Source: an uncultured Bacteroides sp. (GTDB taxonomy: Bacteria; Bacteroidota; Bacteroidia; Bacteroidales; Muribaculaceae). Taken from it: 64,000 bases of DNA. Positions 30,191 to 40,417 of the stretch are shown piece after piece. Under the pieces are notes generated by a model, which made no database searches, was not told where the DNA came from, and saw nothing but the letters and a program-made list of their open reading frames with translations. The stretch lies in NCBI GenBank assembly GCA_964486445.1, contig CAZAME010000002.1, positions 897 to 64,896 on the forward strand, given 5' to 3'. Position 1 is the first letter of the stretch. Each line of letters opens with the position of its first letter. The position numbers and the translations under genes were made by a program.

Positions 30191-32374
30191 TTAACGCATA
30201 TTGCGGTTGAAGAAGTCGAGCATGCGCACATATACCATGGCGCGTGCATTGCACCCGAGTATTGAATGATTCATGTTGGGGAACAGCCACAAGTCGCACA
30301 AACCTCCGCTCGACTGCATGGCCGATATATACTGCATAGTATTGGCAAGATGCACATTGTCGTCAGCGGTGCCCGACATTATGAGCAGCGGGCAATCTAC
30401 ACCGTCAACACTGTTGATGGGAGCTGAATTGCGGTACCCGCGCTCGTTTTGCTGCGGGGTGAGCATATAGCGCTCGGCATAAACGGTGTCGTAGTAGCGC
30501 CAGTCGGTGACAGGAGCCACCGCCACCGCTGCAGCGTATGGAGCATTATCGGCAGAAGCGGCCATGAGTGCTTCGTAACCACCGTAACTCCATCCGAAGA
30601 TGCCTATGCGGTTGGCATCTACGAAAGGCAACGATGCCGCATAGCGGGCAGCGTTGAGCTGATCGATGGTCTCGTAATGGCCCAGATCGCAGTAGACTAC
30701 GTCGGAAAAGGCACGGCCACGACCGCCGGTACCTCTGCCGTCGACACATATTATTATATATCCTTTGGATGCGAAATAATAATCCCAGTCGAGTCGCCAA
30801 CGGTTGAGCACTTCCTGGCTGCCGGGACCACTGTATTGATACATGATCACCGGGTATTTTTTCGAAGCTGTGAAGTTTGCCGGCTTTATGATGTAGCCAT
30901 TGAGCATGTTGCCGTCGGAGTCGAATGTAAAGAATTCTTTGTGTGCAAGATTGGTGTAGCGCGAAGCATAGGCGGCGTTGTCCTCAAGCACACGCACCTG
31001 CTTGCCCGCCGAGGTACACAGCGTGTAGACAGGGGGAGTGGTAGTGTTGCTGTAGGTGAGCACGCAGTAGTCGGCGAGTGGTGAAAAATCGGCGGCCGAG
31101 TTGCCTTCCGGGCGCGAAATAGTGGTGGCATTGCCTTTTGCGTCGAGGCGACAAACTGTGCGGTGTATTGGCGAGGGCTGGGCGGCCTGATAGTAGATGT
31201 CTCCGCGGACGTCAGTTCCGTAATAGTCGGTGACGTCGTAGTTGCCCGATGTTAGCTGCTTAATCAGAGCGCCATTATAGCCATATTTATATAGGTGGTT
31301 ATAGCCAGAGCGAGCGCTGAGCACGATAAAATGGTCTTCGGCTACTGAAAAGTTCTCGTAGGTAAGAGGATCTATCCAAGCCTTTGACTCTTCGTCATAA
31401 ATAGCCTTGGCAACTGTGGACTTCGGGTTTACAGCAAAGAAACGCAGATGATTTTGGTCGCGGTTGAGCGCTGCCACCAGCAAGCGGTCGGGAGCACCGG
31501 CATAGCATATACGAGGTATGTATTCCACTTCGCCCCAAGGCAGATCAATGTCTTTGGTCTTACGGGTCTCAATGTCGTAGCTGTGCACCGATACCGATGA
31601 ATTTTTCTGACCGGCCAAGGGATATTTATATGAGAATGAACCCGGATAGAGAGCATATTCTTTCATCGGATCGCAAGTACCTTCATACAGAGGGAAAGAG
31701 TATGTGGGCACCTCGGTTTCATTGTATTTTATGTAGCAGAATCCCAGATTGTCCGGTGCCCATGTCATTGACGATGTCGTGGCAAACTCTTCTTCGTATG
31801 TCCAGTCTGGTACACCGTTGATGATGGCGTCGGCTTTACCGTCGGTTGTCACGGCCACTTCAGTCTTGTAGTCCCATTTGTGGATGTATATATTGTTGTC
31901 AGCCACGAATGCCACCATGCGACCGTCGGGAGAAAACAACGGTGCGCGCTGACGCTTATGGTTGGTCGACAGCGGGCGCAGCAAGCGGCTGCGGCACTCA
32001 TATATATAATGTTCGGCTGTTGTAGATCTGCGGTAGATCGACTGAGTCTTTGTCCACACAAGTATCTTGGTAGCTCCGGGGCTTATCGTGAAGCCTTCGA
32101 TTGAGGGGAGGGTGGTTTCGCGTGCAGTGGCAACGTCAAATAGTGTTGCAGTCTCCTTGCCTGTCTTGATGTCGTAGGCCACGATGCGGCGCCCGTCGGC
32201 CGAGAGCAGAGCATATCCTGTGCCGTCGGGGAGCCAACTGATGTTGTCGGGGCGAGCAGCGACATTGCCCGGATACACATAAGGCGCAATGGCGTCGACA
32301 TCAGCTGCTTTGCGGGCTGATATCTGACTGATGCAAGCCAGGGCGCATGTGAGTGTGATTATGATTTTTTTCAT
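30191..32374 (-). CDS. Dipeptidyl peptidase IV (S9B)
   Basis: DWTYEEE, GWSYGG (Ser), ADDNVH (Asp) and NHSI (His), with a signal peptide. Confidence 0.94.
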   Translation of the reverse strand: MKKIIITLTCALACISQISARKAADVDAIAPYVYPGNVAARPDNISWLPDGTGYALLSADGRRIVAYDIKTGKETATLFDVATARETTLPSIEGFTISPGATKILVWTKTQSIYRRSTTAEHYIYECRSRLLRPLSTNHKRQRAPLFSPDGRMVAFVADNNIYIHKWDYKTEVAVTTDGKADAIINGVPDWTYEEEFATTSSMTWAPDNLGFCYIKYNETEVPTYSFPLYEGTCDPMKEYALYPGSFSYKYPLAGQKNSSVSVHSYDIETRKTKDIDLPWGEVEYIPRICYAGAPDRLLVAALNRDQNHLRFFAVNPKSTVAKAIYDEESKAWIDPLTYENFSVAEDHFIVLSARSGYNHLYKYGYNGALIKQLTSGNYDVTDYYGTDVRGDIYYQAAQPSPIHRTVCRLDAKGNATTISRPEGNSAADFSPLADYCVLTYSNTTTPPVYTLCTSAGKQVRVLEDNAAYASRYTNLAHKEFFTFDSDGNMLNGYIIKPANFTASKKYPVIMYQYSGPGSQEVLNRWRLDWDYYFASKGYIIICVDGRGTGGRGRAFSDVVYCDLGHYETIDQLNAARYAASLPFVDANRIGIFGWSYGGYEALMAASADNAPYAAAVAVAPVTDWRYYDTVYAERYMLTPQQNERGYRNSAPINSVDGVDCPLLIMSGTADDNVHLANTMQYISAMQSSGGLCDLWLFPNMNHSILGCNARAMVYVRMLDFFNRNMR

Positions 32375-32427
32375 TCTTTGTGGAAGCGTTGTTGTTAAGT
32401 GAGGGTTGATGCGAAGCGATATGTCTG

Positions 32428-33837
32428 TCAGAACAGCGACAGCTGTCGGGTAGCATCGTCGGCTGGTGGAGCCGGCCGTTTTTTTGGAGGTTTATAGCCG
32501 AATTCGTCCTGAGGTCTTGGCTCGGATGCGGTCGACGGGGTTGACACCCATGAGGTGTCGTCGAATGCGTCGTCAAATAATATTGCTGATGCTTTTGTGT
32601 CAAAAGTCAGTTCAGGATCTGCTGCACTCTTGTTTTTGTCAGCATCGAGTACCGCGTTTCCTTCTTTTGCAGCCTTTGGCTCAGATGTGGCGTTATCGGT
32701 CTGAGTGTTAGCTTTTGGTCGTGGCGCCGGCGGTGTCTGCTTTTCCTTTTCGGCAGCTTTGGCAAGTTCTTCGCGCAAGCTATCGTTTTCTTTCTTCAAT
32801 AGCTCAATGCGGGCATCCTGGCGCTGTTTGATATCTTCAAATTTCTCTATAGTTTTCTGTATCTGTTCGGCCACGCGCAGCTCTTCGTTGACGCTGTCGA
32901 GCTCCTGTTGCAGTTCCTGATTGTTTTTGAGTGCTATGTGCAACTTTGCCTCCATCTCTTTAGTAGTGGCGTAGGCATCGTTGAGTTCCTTTGTGTGTTC
33001 TTTGGCAATGCGAGATGCATCGGTCTTAAGTCGCGCATTTTCAGCTATAGCTTCGGCGAGAAGACGCTCTGTTTCAGGATTATCCACAAGCTTTATCTCG
33101 GGCTCAGCTGCCGTCTGGGCGGTCTCAGAGGTCGTGGACGCATCGGTCGGTGTCATGCTTTTTGCCGCGTTGCGTGCTTCTTCGAGTTCTGCGCGGAGTT
33201 TTTCAACCTCCTCGCGCATAGCTGAGTTGTCATCGTCGTTGATCTTGGCGACTTTGAGTTTGTTGAGCAGACTTTTTTTCTCGAGGTCATACTGTTCAGC
33301 TTCGGCTTCAAGGTTGAGAACTTTGCTCTCAAGGTCGTGCACGCGTTCGCTGAGCGCTCGCTTCTGCCGCTCGGCACTCAGTTGTGCCTGTTTGGCATCG
33401 TTTTGTTTTTCATCGAGGCGGCGCAGCTTGTCTTTATATGTTTCGAGTTCGACTCGCAGTGACGTTTGTCGCTGTTGCCATTGGGCGTCGCTGTGGCGCA
33501 TGGCGTCGGCGGCTATGCGGGCCAGATGATCGCGCACGCTCTGCTGCAGTTGCGAGTAGAGATATTCGCGCTGAGCCTTCGGGTCTACACTGTCGCGCAG
33601 GAAAGCAGGGAGCGCCTCGTTGAATGTCGCTATCACAGTGTCGAAAATCTCTGCTGCCAATTGCGGATCATCTGATGGTGGTGCCTCCACAGGGTCGGGA
33701 CTGTCGGCCAGAGTGTTCTCCTCGGGCGTGGTGAGGGTGCGAGCATCCACATCGTCTATGCTGTCTTCGTATTCGCTGTAATCATCGTCGGCCGATGCGA
33801 ATCCGAATGCTTTTTTTAGTCTGTTTCCTAATCCCAT
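32428..33837 (-). CDS. Hypothetical coiled-coil protein ending in QLSLF
   Basis: Long E/K/Q/A-rich heptad regions. The C-terminus is RQLSLF*. Confidence 0.8.
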   Translation of the reverse strand: MGLGNRLKKAFGFASADDDYSEYEDSIDDVDARTLTTPEENTLADSPDPVEAPPSDDPQLAAEIFDTVIATFNEALPAFLRDSVDPKAQREYLYSQLQQSVRDHLARIAADAMRHSDAQWQQRQTSLRVELETYKDKLRRLDEKQNDAKQAQLSAERQKRALSERVHDLESKVLNLEAEAEQYDLEKKSLLNKLKVAKINDDDNSAMREEVEKLRAELEEARNAAKSMTPTDASTTSETAQTAAEPEIKLVDNPETERLLAEAIAENARLKTDASRIAKEHTKELNDAYATTKEMEAKLHIALKNNQELQQELDSVNEELRVAEQIQKTIEKFEDIKQRQDARIELLKKENDSLREELAKAAEKEKQTPPAPRPKANTQTDNATSEPKAAKEGNAVLDADKNKSAADPELTFDTKASAILFDDAFDDTSWVSTPSTASEPRPQDEFGYKPPKKRPAPPADDATRQLSLF

Positions 33838-33860
33838 ATTAATAATATTATATATGTGAT

Positions 33861-36800
33861 TTATGCGTTAGAAGTTGATGAATGACTTGTGACTTCATCG
33901 TCATCGGCGAGCCGGTGGTATTGCGTTGACAGGGCTGTCCCCGGTTTGCACACCACACCTATTCCCTTAATGCCGTTGACTGCTATGGTGAGTGGCGAGT
34001 CAAAGCGCACGATGCGCACATACTCGCTCTCATATTCTGCTGCCAATGAATCAAGGTATTCTGTGTTGTATATACCCTGCTCTGTGCGTGGGTCGACGGT
34101 GAAGTAAGCCACTCCAAAAGAGGTGAGATTCTGGAAGAAATGTGTGCCCTGGCTTGGCTCTATGCGATAGCCGGGCAGAGAGGATTCGGCGATGAGGCGT
34201 GCCGACGATATGTCGGCCCAGCGCACCGGTATGCCTAAGGCGCTGTCGCTGGTGCCCCAACGGCCGGGACCGATGAGGGCATAGTATTCTTCGGCAGCTG
34301 CAAACCGCCGGTTTATGGCTGCGATCTCCTCTGCGATTGCCCGCGTGTTGAGCGAGTTGAAGCTTTCGGGTCGCACATATACTATGGTGCTGATATTGTC
34401 GATATTCCCGTGGCCGAGAGCTGTGTTGCTGCGCATAATAAGGTCGGCAGGCTCCACATTGAGCACGGCATCGTCTACATAATCTTTTTTGTCTATGATC
34501 GGGCGCATCTGCAGCCAATAGAGTCTGCCTTTCTGCTTACCCTTGTTGTCGATGACCCCTGCAAATTCTATCTCTACGGGGCGGTCCATGGCTGTAGAAC
34601 CGGCTGTGAGCATAAAGTCAAGAGCTTTTGCCAGAGGGAAGACATTGTCGCGCAAGACATTGGCGAATGTGACCACACGGCGGCCACGGCCGGTGTCGCC
34701 GTCGCGGAGCACATTGTCGGCAGCATCGTAGGTCGACACCATATAGCGCAACGCTCCTGTTCCGGCAAAGTCTTGCACGGGCTTGCGTGCGAGATTGAAG
34801 CCGTCGTCTATAGTGAATTTATCTTTTATATTATTGGTGTCGAGTGCATACAGATGTGTCTGAGTGCTCGACAATGCAAGATCAAGAGTGCTGGTCTGCA
34901 ATGCTTTGCGTGGATGCCGTGGCGAAAAACGCAGACTCAGACCGCCGTCGACTATATATTTGCCGAGACCAACCGCAACCTCGGCGACGCCGTCTTCGGG
35001 CTTCTCGTTGTTGAGCGGGTAATAATTGAGTGAGCGGGCTACACCCGAGAACGAGGGCATGAAATATCCCCCCGGCTGTGTCTCGCCTACAACTTCCTGT
35101 ATTATTACGGCCATTTTTTCCTGGTCTATGACATTGCTTGTCGCTGTCATATATGCCTTTGACTCGCTGTAGAAGACCGATGCATAGACGCTCTTGATGG
35201 CTGTGGCAAGCATCTCGAGCATAGCCCAACTGTCATCGACAAATGGTATCATGTATGTCGAGTAGACTCCGGCAAATGGCTGATAATGGGAGTCTTCGAG
35301 TAGACTTGAGCTGCGGATGGCCAGCGGTCCCTGCACTACGTCGATCAAAGCGATGAGATCCTCGAGTAGGGCAGCCGGCAGGCGTGCTTCGGTGAAGCGT
35401 GCGAGAATATCGGCGTCGGGTGCGTCGCTTAGTGCGAGTGGATAAAGCCCGTTGCTCTCCATGAACTCATCGAAGATATCAGTGCACAGCACCACAGTGC
35501 GCGGAATTTGTATACCGGCGCCTTCGAAGTTATCGCAAATCGGATTTTTCTTGATGATGGAGTCGATAAACGCCAGGCCACGGCCCTTGCCTCCGAGCGA
35601 TCCTTTGCCGATGCGTGCAAAGTTGGAGTAGCTGTCAAAGCGCCCTTTGCGGAACACTGCAACAACACCGCGGTTTTTCATCCTGCGATACTTGACGATC
35701 AGATCAAAGAAAAGTTGCTTCACCTGGGGTGCGTCGGCGATGTCGCGGAAGTGATGTCGCTTAATGATTTCGGCCAAGGGAAACATAGCTCGCGAATAAA
35801 GCCATCGCGAGATATCGTCGTTGCGTGCATGGTAAAACAGCGACTCGTCGGGAATTTCGAAGATGTGTTTCTGTATGTCGTTAAGGCTCTGCAGGCGCAT
35901 AACCTCCTCCTGAGTCTCAGGATTGCGGACCACAAAGTCGCCGAAGCCGAAGTTGTCAAGAATGGCACGCCCGAGGTCGACAGAGAGTTTTTTGGAGTTT
36001 TTGTCGAGAAAAACGCCTCCCAACTGCTTTGCAGGCACGTAATTTGAGACCTCGGATGACTCGATGATAATAGGCAGATGCGGGTCGTGTTCACGCAGAT
36101 AGCGCGCCAGTCTGAGTCCGGCCTGAGGGTCTTTTACACCCTCTCGCTTGAATGAGACGTCGCTGATGACTCCCAGTAGATTTTTGCCGAACTTGCGGTG
36201 CAGCTCCACAGCTTCCTCATAGTCGCGGGCGAGCATCACTTTGGGGCGCCCGCGCATGCGCAGCATCTGTTCATGCTCGTTGAGTGCTTCGGTTGAGAAC
36301 ACCATCGACTGATTGAGCAAAACCCTGTAGATGTGCGGAAGCACCGACGAATAGAAGCGCACTGAGTCTTCCACAAGCATTATCATCTGCACACCCACGT
36401 CGAGGATGTCATTCTCAGAGTTCATCTTGTCTTCAAGCAATTTTATGATTGCCAGAAGCAGATCTACGTTACCGAGCCACGAAAATACGTAGTCAATGCT
36501 CGATAAGTCTTCCTTGGCCAGTCGGCGCGAAACTTCCTTGGAGAAGGGGGTGAGCACTACAATCGGGATAGTCGGGTATAGCCGTTTTATTGTGCGGGCG
36601 CCGGTAAACGTCTCGCTTATATCTACCCCTGGCATGGCGATGATAAGATCGAAGTGCTTGGATGACAGTAATTCAAGAGCCTCGTTGATATGCGACACGC
36701 GGGTTACGCGCGGGGGCGAACTCAGGTTGAGCGACACGTACTCAAAGTATAGCTGCTCTTCAACACGACCATCTTCTTCCATCATGAAGGCGTCGTATGG

Positions 36801-36896
36801 CGACGCAATCAGAAGCACATTAAAAATGCGCATCTGCATCAGATTGTGGAAGGCGGTTTCCCGCAGGTAGAGTTGGCTTACCGGCTGGTCGAGCAT
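33861..36896 (-). CDS. PEP/pyruvate-binding (PPDK_N) domain protein with N-terminal receiver-like domains
   Basis: LGGKGRGL, AIRSSSLLEDS..PFAGVY, MAVIIQEVV, GLGKYIVDG and LQMRPI. Start moved to the ATG at 36896, just after a TATCTTTGC box at 36917-36925 on -. Confidence 0.85.
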   Translation of the reverse strand: MLDQPVSQLYLRETAFHNLMQMRIFNVLLIASPYDAFMMEEDGRVEEQLYFEYVSLNLSSPPRVTRVSHINEALELLSSKHFDLIIAMPGVDISETFTGARTIKRLYPTIPIVVLTPFSKEVSRRLAKEDLSSIDYVFSWLGNVDLLLAIIKLLEDKMNSENDILDVGVQMIMLVEDSVRFYSSVLPHIYRVLLNQSMVFSTEALNEHEQMLRMRGRPKVMLARDYEEAVELHRKFGKNLLGVISDVSFKREGVKDPQAGLRLARYLREHDPHLPIIIESSEVSNYVPAKQLGGVFLDKNSKKLSVDLGRAILDNFGFGDFVVRNPETQEEVMRLQSLNDIQKHIFEIPDESLFYHARNDDISRWLYSRAMFPLAEIIKRHHFRDIADAPQVKQLFFDLIVKYRRMKNRGVVAVFRKGRFDSYSNFARIGKGSLGGKGRGLAFIDSIIKKNPICDNFEGAGIQIPRTVVLCTDIFDEFMESNGLYPLALSDAPDADILARFTEARLPAALLEDLIALIDVVQGPLAIRSSSLLEDSHYQPFAGVYSTYMIPFVDDSWAMLEMLATAIKSVYASVFYSESKAYMTATSNVIDQEKMAVIIQEVVGETQPGGYFMPSFSGVARSLNYYPLNNEKPEDGVAEVAVGLGKYIVDGGLSLRFSPRHPRKALQTSTLDLALSSTQTHLYALDTNNIKDKFTIDDGFNLARKPVQDFAGTGALRYMVSTYDAADNVLRDGDTGRGRRVVTFANVLRDNVFPLAKALDFMLTAGSTAMDRPVEIEFAGVIDNKGKQKGRLYWLQMRPIIDKKDYVDDAVLNVEPADLIMRSNTALGHGNIDNISTIVYVRPESFNSLNTRAIAEEIAAINRRFAAAEEYYALIGPGRWGTSDSALGIPVRWADISSARLIAESSLPGYRIEPSQGTHFFQNLTSFGVAYFTVDPRTEQGIYNTEYLDSLAAEYESEYVRIVRFDSPLTIAVNGIKGIGVVCKPGTALSTQYHRLADDDEVTSHSSTSNA

Positions 36897-37136
36897 ATCA
36901 AAAAACGTTTTTATCTGCAAAGATACTAATTCGCAGCCAATAAAACGTTCGCACGCCCGCAAAACTTTGCTCATTCGGCAAATTTTTATGTTTTTGCGTC
37001 GCCTGAGGAGCATGTGGTCGGAGTTGGGGTGGTCTGCTCTCCTATTTTTTGCATAAATCAAGGTTATATGCTATATTTGCTGCCGGATTACACAATCCGG
37101 TAAATAAATTATCTTATCACAATAAATTATCTGAAT

Positions 37137-37418
37137 ATGAAGAAGTTTTTTGTAGCAGCAGGTGTTGCCTGCATGGTATTTCTTTCGGCTTGCAGCAGCG
37201 TAGACTCTAAGATCGACAAGCTCGAGAAGATTATGGATGAGGTTGGTACTCTCGCTCCCGAGGCTGCAACAGGCAATATGGAAGCTGTTGAGAAAATTCA
37301 GAAGCTCAGTGTAGAGGCTCAGGAAATTGCTAAGGATCTCAAGGACGCCGATCTCACACCCGAGCAGCAGCAGCGTCTGGTCAAGGCTACCATGAATATG
37401 GTAAACGGCCTTATGTAA
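37137..37418 (+). CDS. Small helical lipoprotein
   Basis: MKK start, lipobox LSAC, promoter TATATTTGC at 37072-37080 and a downstream terminator. Confidence 0.8.
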   Translation: MKKFFVAAGVACMVFLSACSSVDSKIDKLEKIMDEVGTLAPEAATGNMEAVEKIQKLSVEAQEIAKDLKDADLTPEQQQRLVKATMNMVNGLM

Positions 37419-37443
37419 TTATAAGTTGCATAACAGTTTAGAA

Positions 37444-37481
37444 TAGGCTGTCTAACAATCAATGTTAGGTGGCCTTTTTTT
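37444..37481 (+). terminator. Intrinsic terminator
   Basis: aggctgtctaaca / tgttaggtggcct stem followed by a T run. Confidence 0.75.
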
Positions 37482-37570
37482 GTTCAGATTCCTGAAGATA
37501 AATTTATTTTGTATATTCATCCCAATTTTTAAGTATCAGTAAATAATTAACTAAACTGAGATTTGCATAT

Positions 37571-37608
37571 ATTCCAAAAATACTGTAAATTTACAGTAAA
37601 AATGGAAT
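37571..37608. repeat. 38-bp palindromic site, copy 1 (upstream of the ATPase)
   Basis: attccaaaaatactgtaaatttacagtaaaaatggaat, with dyad arms attcca/tggaat and tactgtaaa/tttacagta. Confidence 0.8.
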
Positions 37609-37612
37609 TAGT

Positions 37613-38878
37613 ATGAATCGTAACCATTACATCCAACGAGATATCTACCTTGAAAAACTAATACACCGGAGAGATAACGGTGACGTGAAGATTATCACCG
37701 GTCCACGGCGATGTGGAAAATCATGGCTTCTAAGCCATATATATCATGATTATCTGCTTGAGAATAATGTTAAGGAAGAAAATATTATAACAGTTGATTT
37801 CGACAAAGATGATGATAAGCACGATTTTGACGTGTTAGATCATAAGGCTGTCAAGAATTACATATACTCGCGCATTAAAAACGAAGATGAGAATTATTAT
37901 GTGTTTCTTGATGAGATACAGGAGCTTGATAATTTTGAACGCTTTGTGAATGGATTGAATGGGCATGAGAATGTCGATGTATATGTGACTGGAAGCAATT
38001 CCCGGTTTCTGTCTAAGGATATCAACACTATTTTTCGAGGCCGAGGTGATGAGATACGTGTTTATCCTCTTTCCTTCAGGGAATTTAGCCAGATTTATGA
38101 TAACATCAATGTGGCGTGGAAGCTGTATTATACCTTCGGTGGCATGCCGCGTCTGCTGCATTATGCCGATAACGAGCAAAAAATCAATTATCTGCAAAAA
38201 CTATGGGATAAGACGTATCTTGATGATGTAGTGGAACGGAACAATGTCAAGAACGAACTGGCCATATCAAGGCTGGCAACATTCCTGTGTAGTTCTATAG
38301 GGTCACTGACCAATCCTGCAAGAATATCCAATACTCTTGAATCGGTTCAGAAAATGAAGATAGATCCCAAGACGGTAGCGTCCTATATCACCTATCTTGA
38401 AAACGCTTTCCTTTTTGAAAGTTCAGAAAGATATGATGTTAAAGGAAAGCGATACTTTGAGTCTACAAAAAAATATTACTGCATCGATGTCGGATTGAGA
38501 AATGCCCGTCTGAACTTTCGTCAACAGGAGCCGACTCATATCATGGAGAACGTGATATATAATCATCTGCGTGTTCTTGGATTCCTTGTGGACGTCGGAG
38601 TAGTGGAAAGCCGGGAAATGAAAGATGGTAAACTGAAGTATATTCAGAGGGAAATTGATTTTGTGGTAAACAAAGGAAATCAGAAGTACTATATCCAGTC
38701 GGCATACTCAATTCCGACTGAAGAGAAGAGGGAACAGGAACTGGCTTCACTTCTTAAAGTATCAGATTCGTTCAGGAAGATTGTGGTGGTTGCTGATGAT
38801 ATAATGCCATATACTGATGATAATGGAATCTACTTTACTGGACTTTTTGATTTTCTTTTGAAAGATAATTGGCAATGA
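37613..38878 (+). CDS. AAA_14 + DUF4143 ATPase
   Basis: GPRRCGKS Walker A, FLDEIQ Walker B, VTGSN, GGMP, YCIDVGLRN, MEN and EIDF. AT-richer than the flanking genes. Confidence 0.9.
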   Translation: MNRNHYIQRDIYLEKLIHRRDNGDVKIITGPRRCGKSWLLSHIYHDYLLENNVKEENIITVDFDKDDDKHDFDVLDHKAVKNYIYSRIKNEDENYYVFLDEIQELDNFERFVNGLNGHENVDVYVTGSNSRFLSKDINTIFRGRGDEIRVYPLSFREFSQIYDNINVAWKLYYTFGGMPRLLHYADNEQKINYLQKLWDKTYLDDVVERNNVKNELAISRLATFLCSSIGSLTNPARISNTLESVQKMKIDPKTVASYITYLENAFLFESSERYDVKGKRYFESTKKYYCIDVGLRNARLNFRQQEPTHIMENVIYNHLRVLGFLVDVGVVESREMKDGKLKYIQREIDFVVNKGNQKYYIQSAYSIPTEEKREQELASLLKVSDSFRKIVVVADDIMPYTDDNGIYFTGLFDFLLKDNWQ

Positions 38879-38895
38879 AAAAACTGCCTAATTTT

Positions 38896-38933
38896 ATTCC
38901 AGATAGACTGTAAACATCCAGTAAAAATGGAAT
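38896..38933. repeat. 38-bp site, copy 2 (downstream of the ATPase)
   Basis: attccagatagactgtaaacatccagtaaaaatggaat, 32/38 identical to 37571-37608 and in the same orientation. Confidence 0.8.
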
Positions 38934-39048
38934 GGGCCAATCTGAGAGTATGTGTAGTATAAGTTGTTTATAGGGCAGAATATGTAGGTTGCAAAATATA
39001 TTCAGAGATTCATTTTTATTTGAAGTATGTGAAAATAAAAATGGTGCT

Positions 39049-40410
39049 TTATCCTATCATCCTTGGCGGTTCGTTGAAGAGTCGGCGAGAGATTATGAAG
39101 TAGGCGGCAAGCACTACCGAGCCTGTGATGACCCACGACACCGGATAGACCCACAGTAGCCCTACATAGTCGCTTGCCGGATTTATCGCATATATCCACA
39201 GAAGCCTGAAAAGGCACGTGCCGAAAATCGTTATTACAGTCGGTGTCATCGAGTAGCCCAATCCTCGCAGGCAGGCGCCGCTCACCTCGTATGAGCTGGC
39301 TATGAACTGAAACAGCAGCACTATGCCTATACGGGTCGAAGCATAGCCTATTACTGTCGGCGAATTTGTGAAAATTCCCGACATTTCAGCGCGGGCAAAG
39401 TATATAATGACGTTGAGCAAACCGCATGACACCACACTCATCAGCATGCTCTGGTAGAAAATCTTGCGGCAGCGGTCATATTTTCCCGCACCGTAGTTTT
39501 GAGATGTGAATGCAACTGCAGCCTGGCAGTATGCACTTATCACGAAATAGCAGTAGTATTCAAAGTTTATTGCCGCGCCGTTGCCTGCCACGACGTCACT
39601 GCCGAAGCGGTTTACCGCGCTCTGAATAAACACGTTGGCGATAGAGAAAATCATACCCTGCAGCCCCGCTGGAAGACCGATGCGCAGCACACGGCGCATT
39701 TCTGAGGCGTGGATGCGCATTGCGTGTACATCGAGCTTGAACGGGTCGTTTTCGCGGCGGAGCAGCCACACCATCAGCGTGGCGTTAACACCGTTGGCAA
39801 TCACCGTTGCTGTCGCCACTCCGGCTACGCCCATGTCGAAAAACAGCACGAACACGACATCGAGAATTGCATTGACAATGCCCCCGACTATGAGGATGTA
39901 GAACGGTCGCCGGGTGTCGCCCATACTGCGCAATATCGCTGAGCCGAAGTTATAAATCATCATAAACGGCATGCCCGAGAAGATTATGCGCAGATACACG
40001 ACAGCCAGGTCGATGACGTCGGCCGGAGTGTCCATCCACTCAAGTATCGGCCGCGCGAATATATTGCCGATGAAGGCAAGGATAAAACCGCTGATCAGAG
40101 CAAGCACGGCCACTGTGCTCACCGTGCGCCGGATGCCGTCTTCATTCGCTCGACCTATATAGTTAGCTATAATCACATTGGCACCGACAGATATGCCTAT
40201 AAACAAATTCACCAACAGGCTTATAATCATGCCGTTGCTGCCTACAGCAGCCAGAGCCGCGTCGCTGTCAAACTTGCCGACAACGGCCACGTCTACCGAG
40301 TTGAATGATTGTTGCAGAGCGCCACTTGCCATCAGGGGCAGAGCGAAGACCGTCATCTTGCGGAATATGCTTCCCGAGAGCATATCCATCTTCAAAGATC
40401 CGCTAAGCAT
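39049..40410 (-). CDS. MATE family efflux transporter
   Basis: About 12 TM segments, ALAAVG, ILRSMGDTRRPF and LRIGLP motifs. Confidence 0.92.
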   Translation of the reverse strand: MLSGSLKMDMLSGSIFRKMTVFALPLMASGALQQSFNSVDVAVVGKFDSDAALAAVGSNGMIISLLVNLFIGISVGANVIIANYIGRANEDGIRRTVSTVAVLALISGFILAFIGNIFARPILEWMDTPADVIDLAVVYLRIIFSGMPFMMIYNFGSAILRSMGDTRRPFYILIVGGIVNAILDVVFVLFFDMGVAGVATATVIANGVNATLMVWLLRRENDPFKLDVHAMRIHASEMRRVLRIGLPAGLQGMIFSIANVFIQSAVNRFGSDVVAGNGAAINFEYYCYFVISAYCQAAVAFTSQNYGAGKYDRCRKIFYQSMLMSVVSCGLLNVIIYFARAEMSGIFTNSPTVIGYASTRIGIVLLFQFIASSYEVSGACLRGLGYSMTPTVITIFGTCLFRLLWIYAINPASDYVGLLWVYPVSWVITGSVVLAAYFIISRRLFNEPPRMIG

Positions 40411-40417
40411 ATTCTTT

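Noticed and set aside
36897-37061. N-terminal extension of the PPDK_N protein in the ORF track
   Set aside because: It contains the gene's own -7 promoter box, so the real start is probably 36896.
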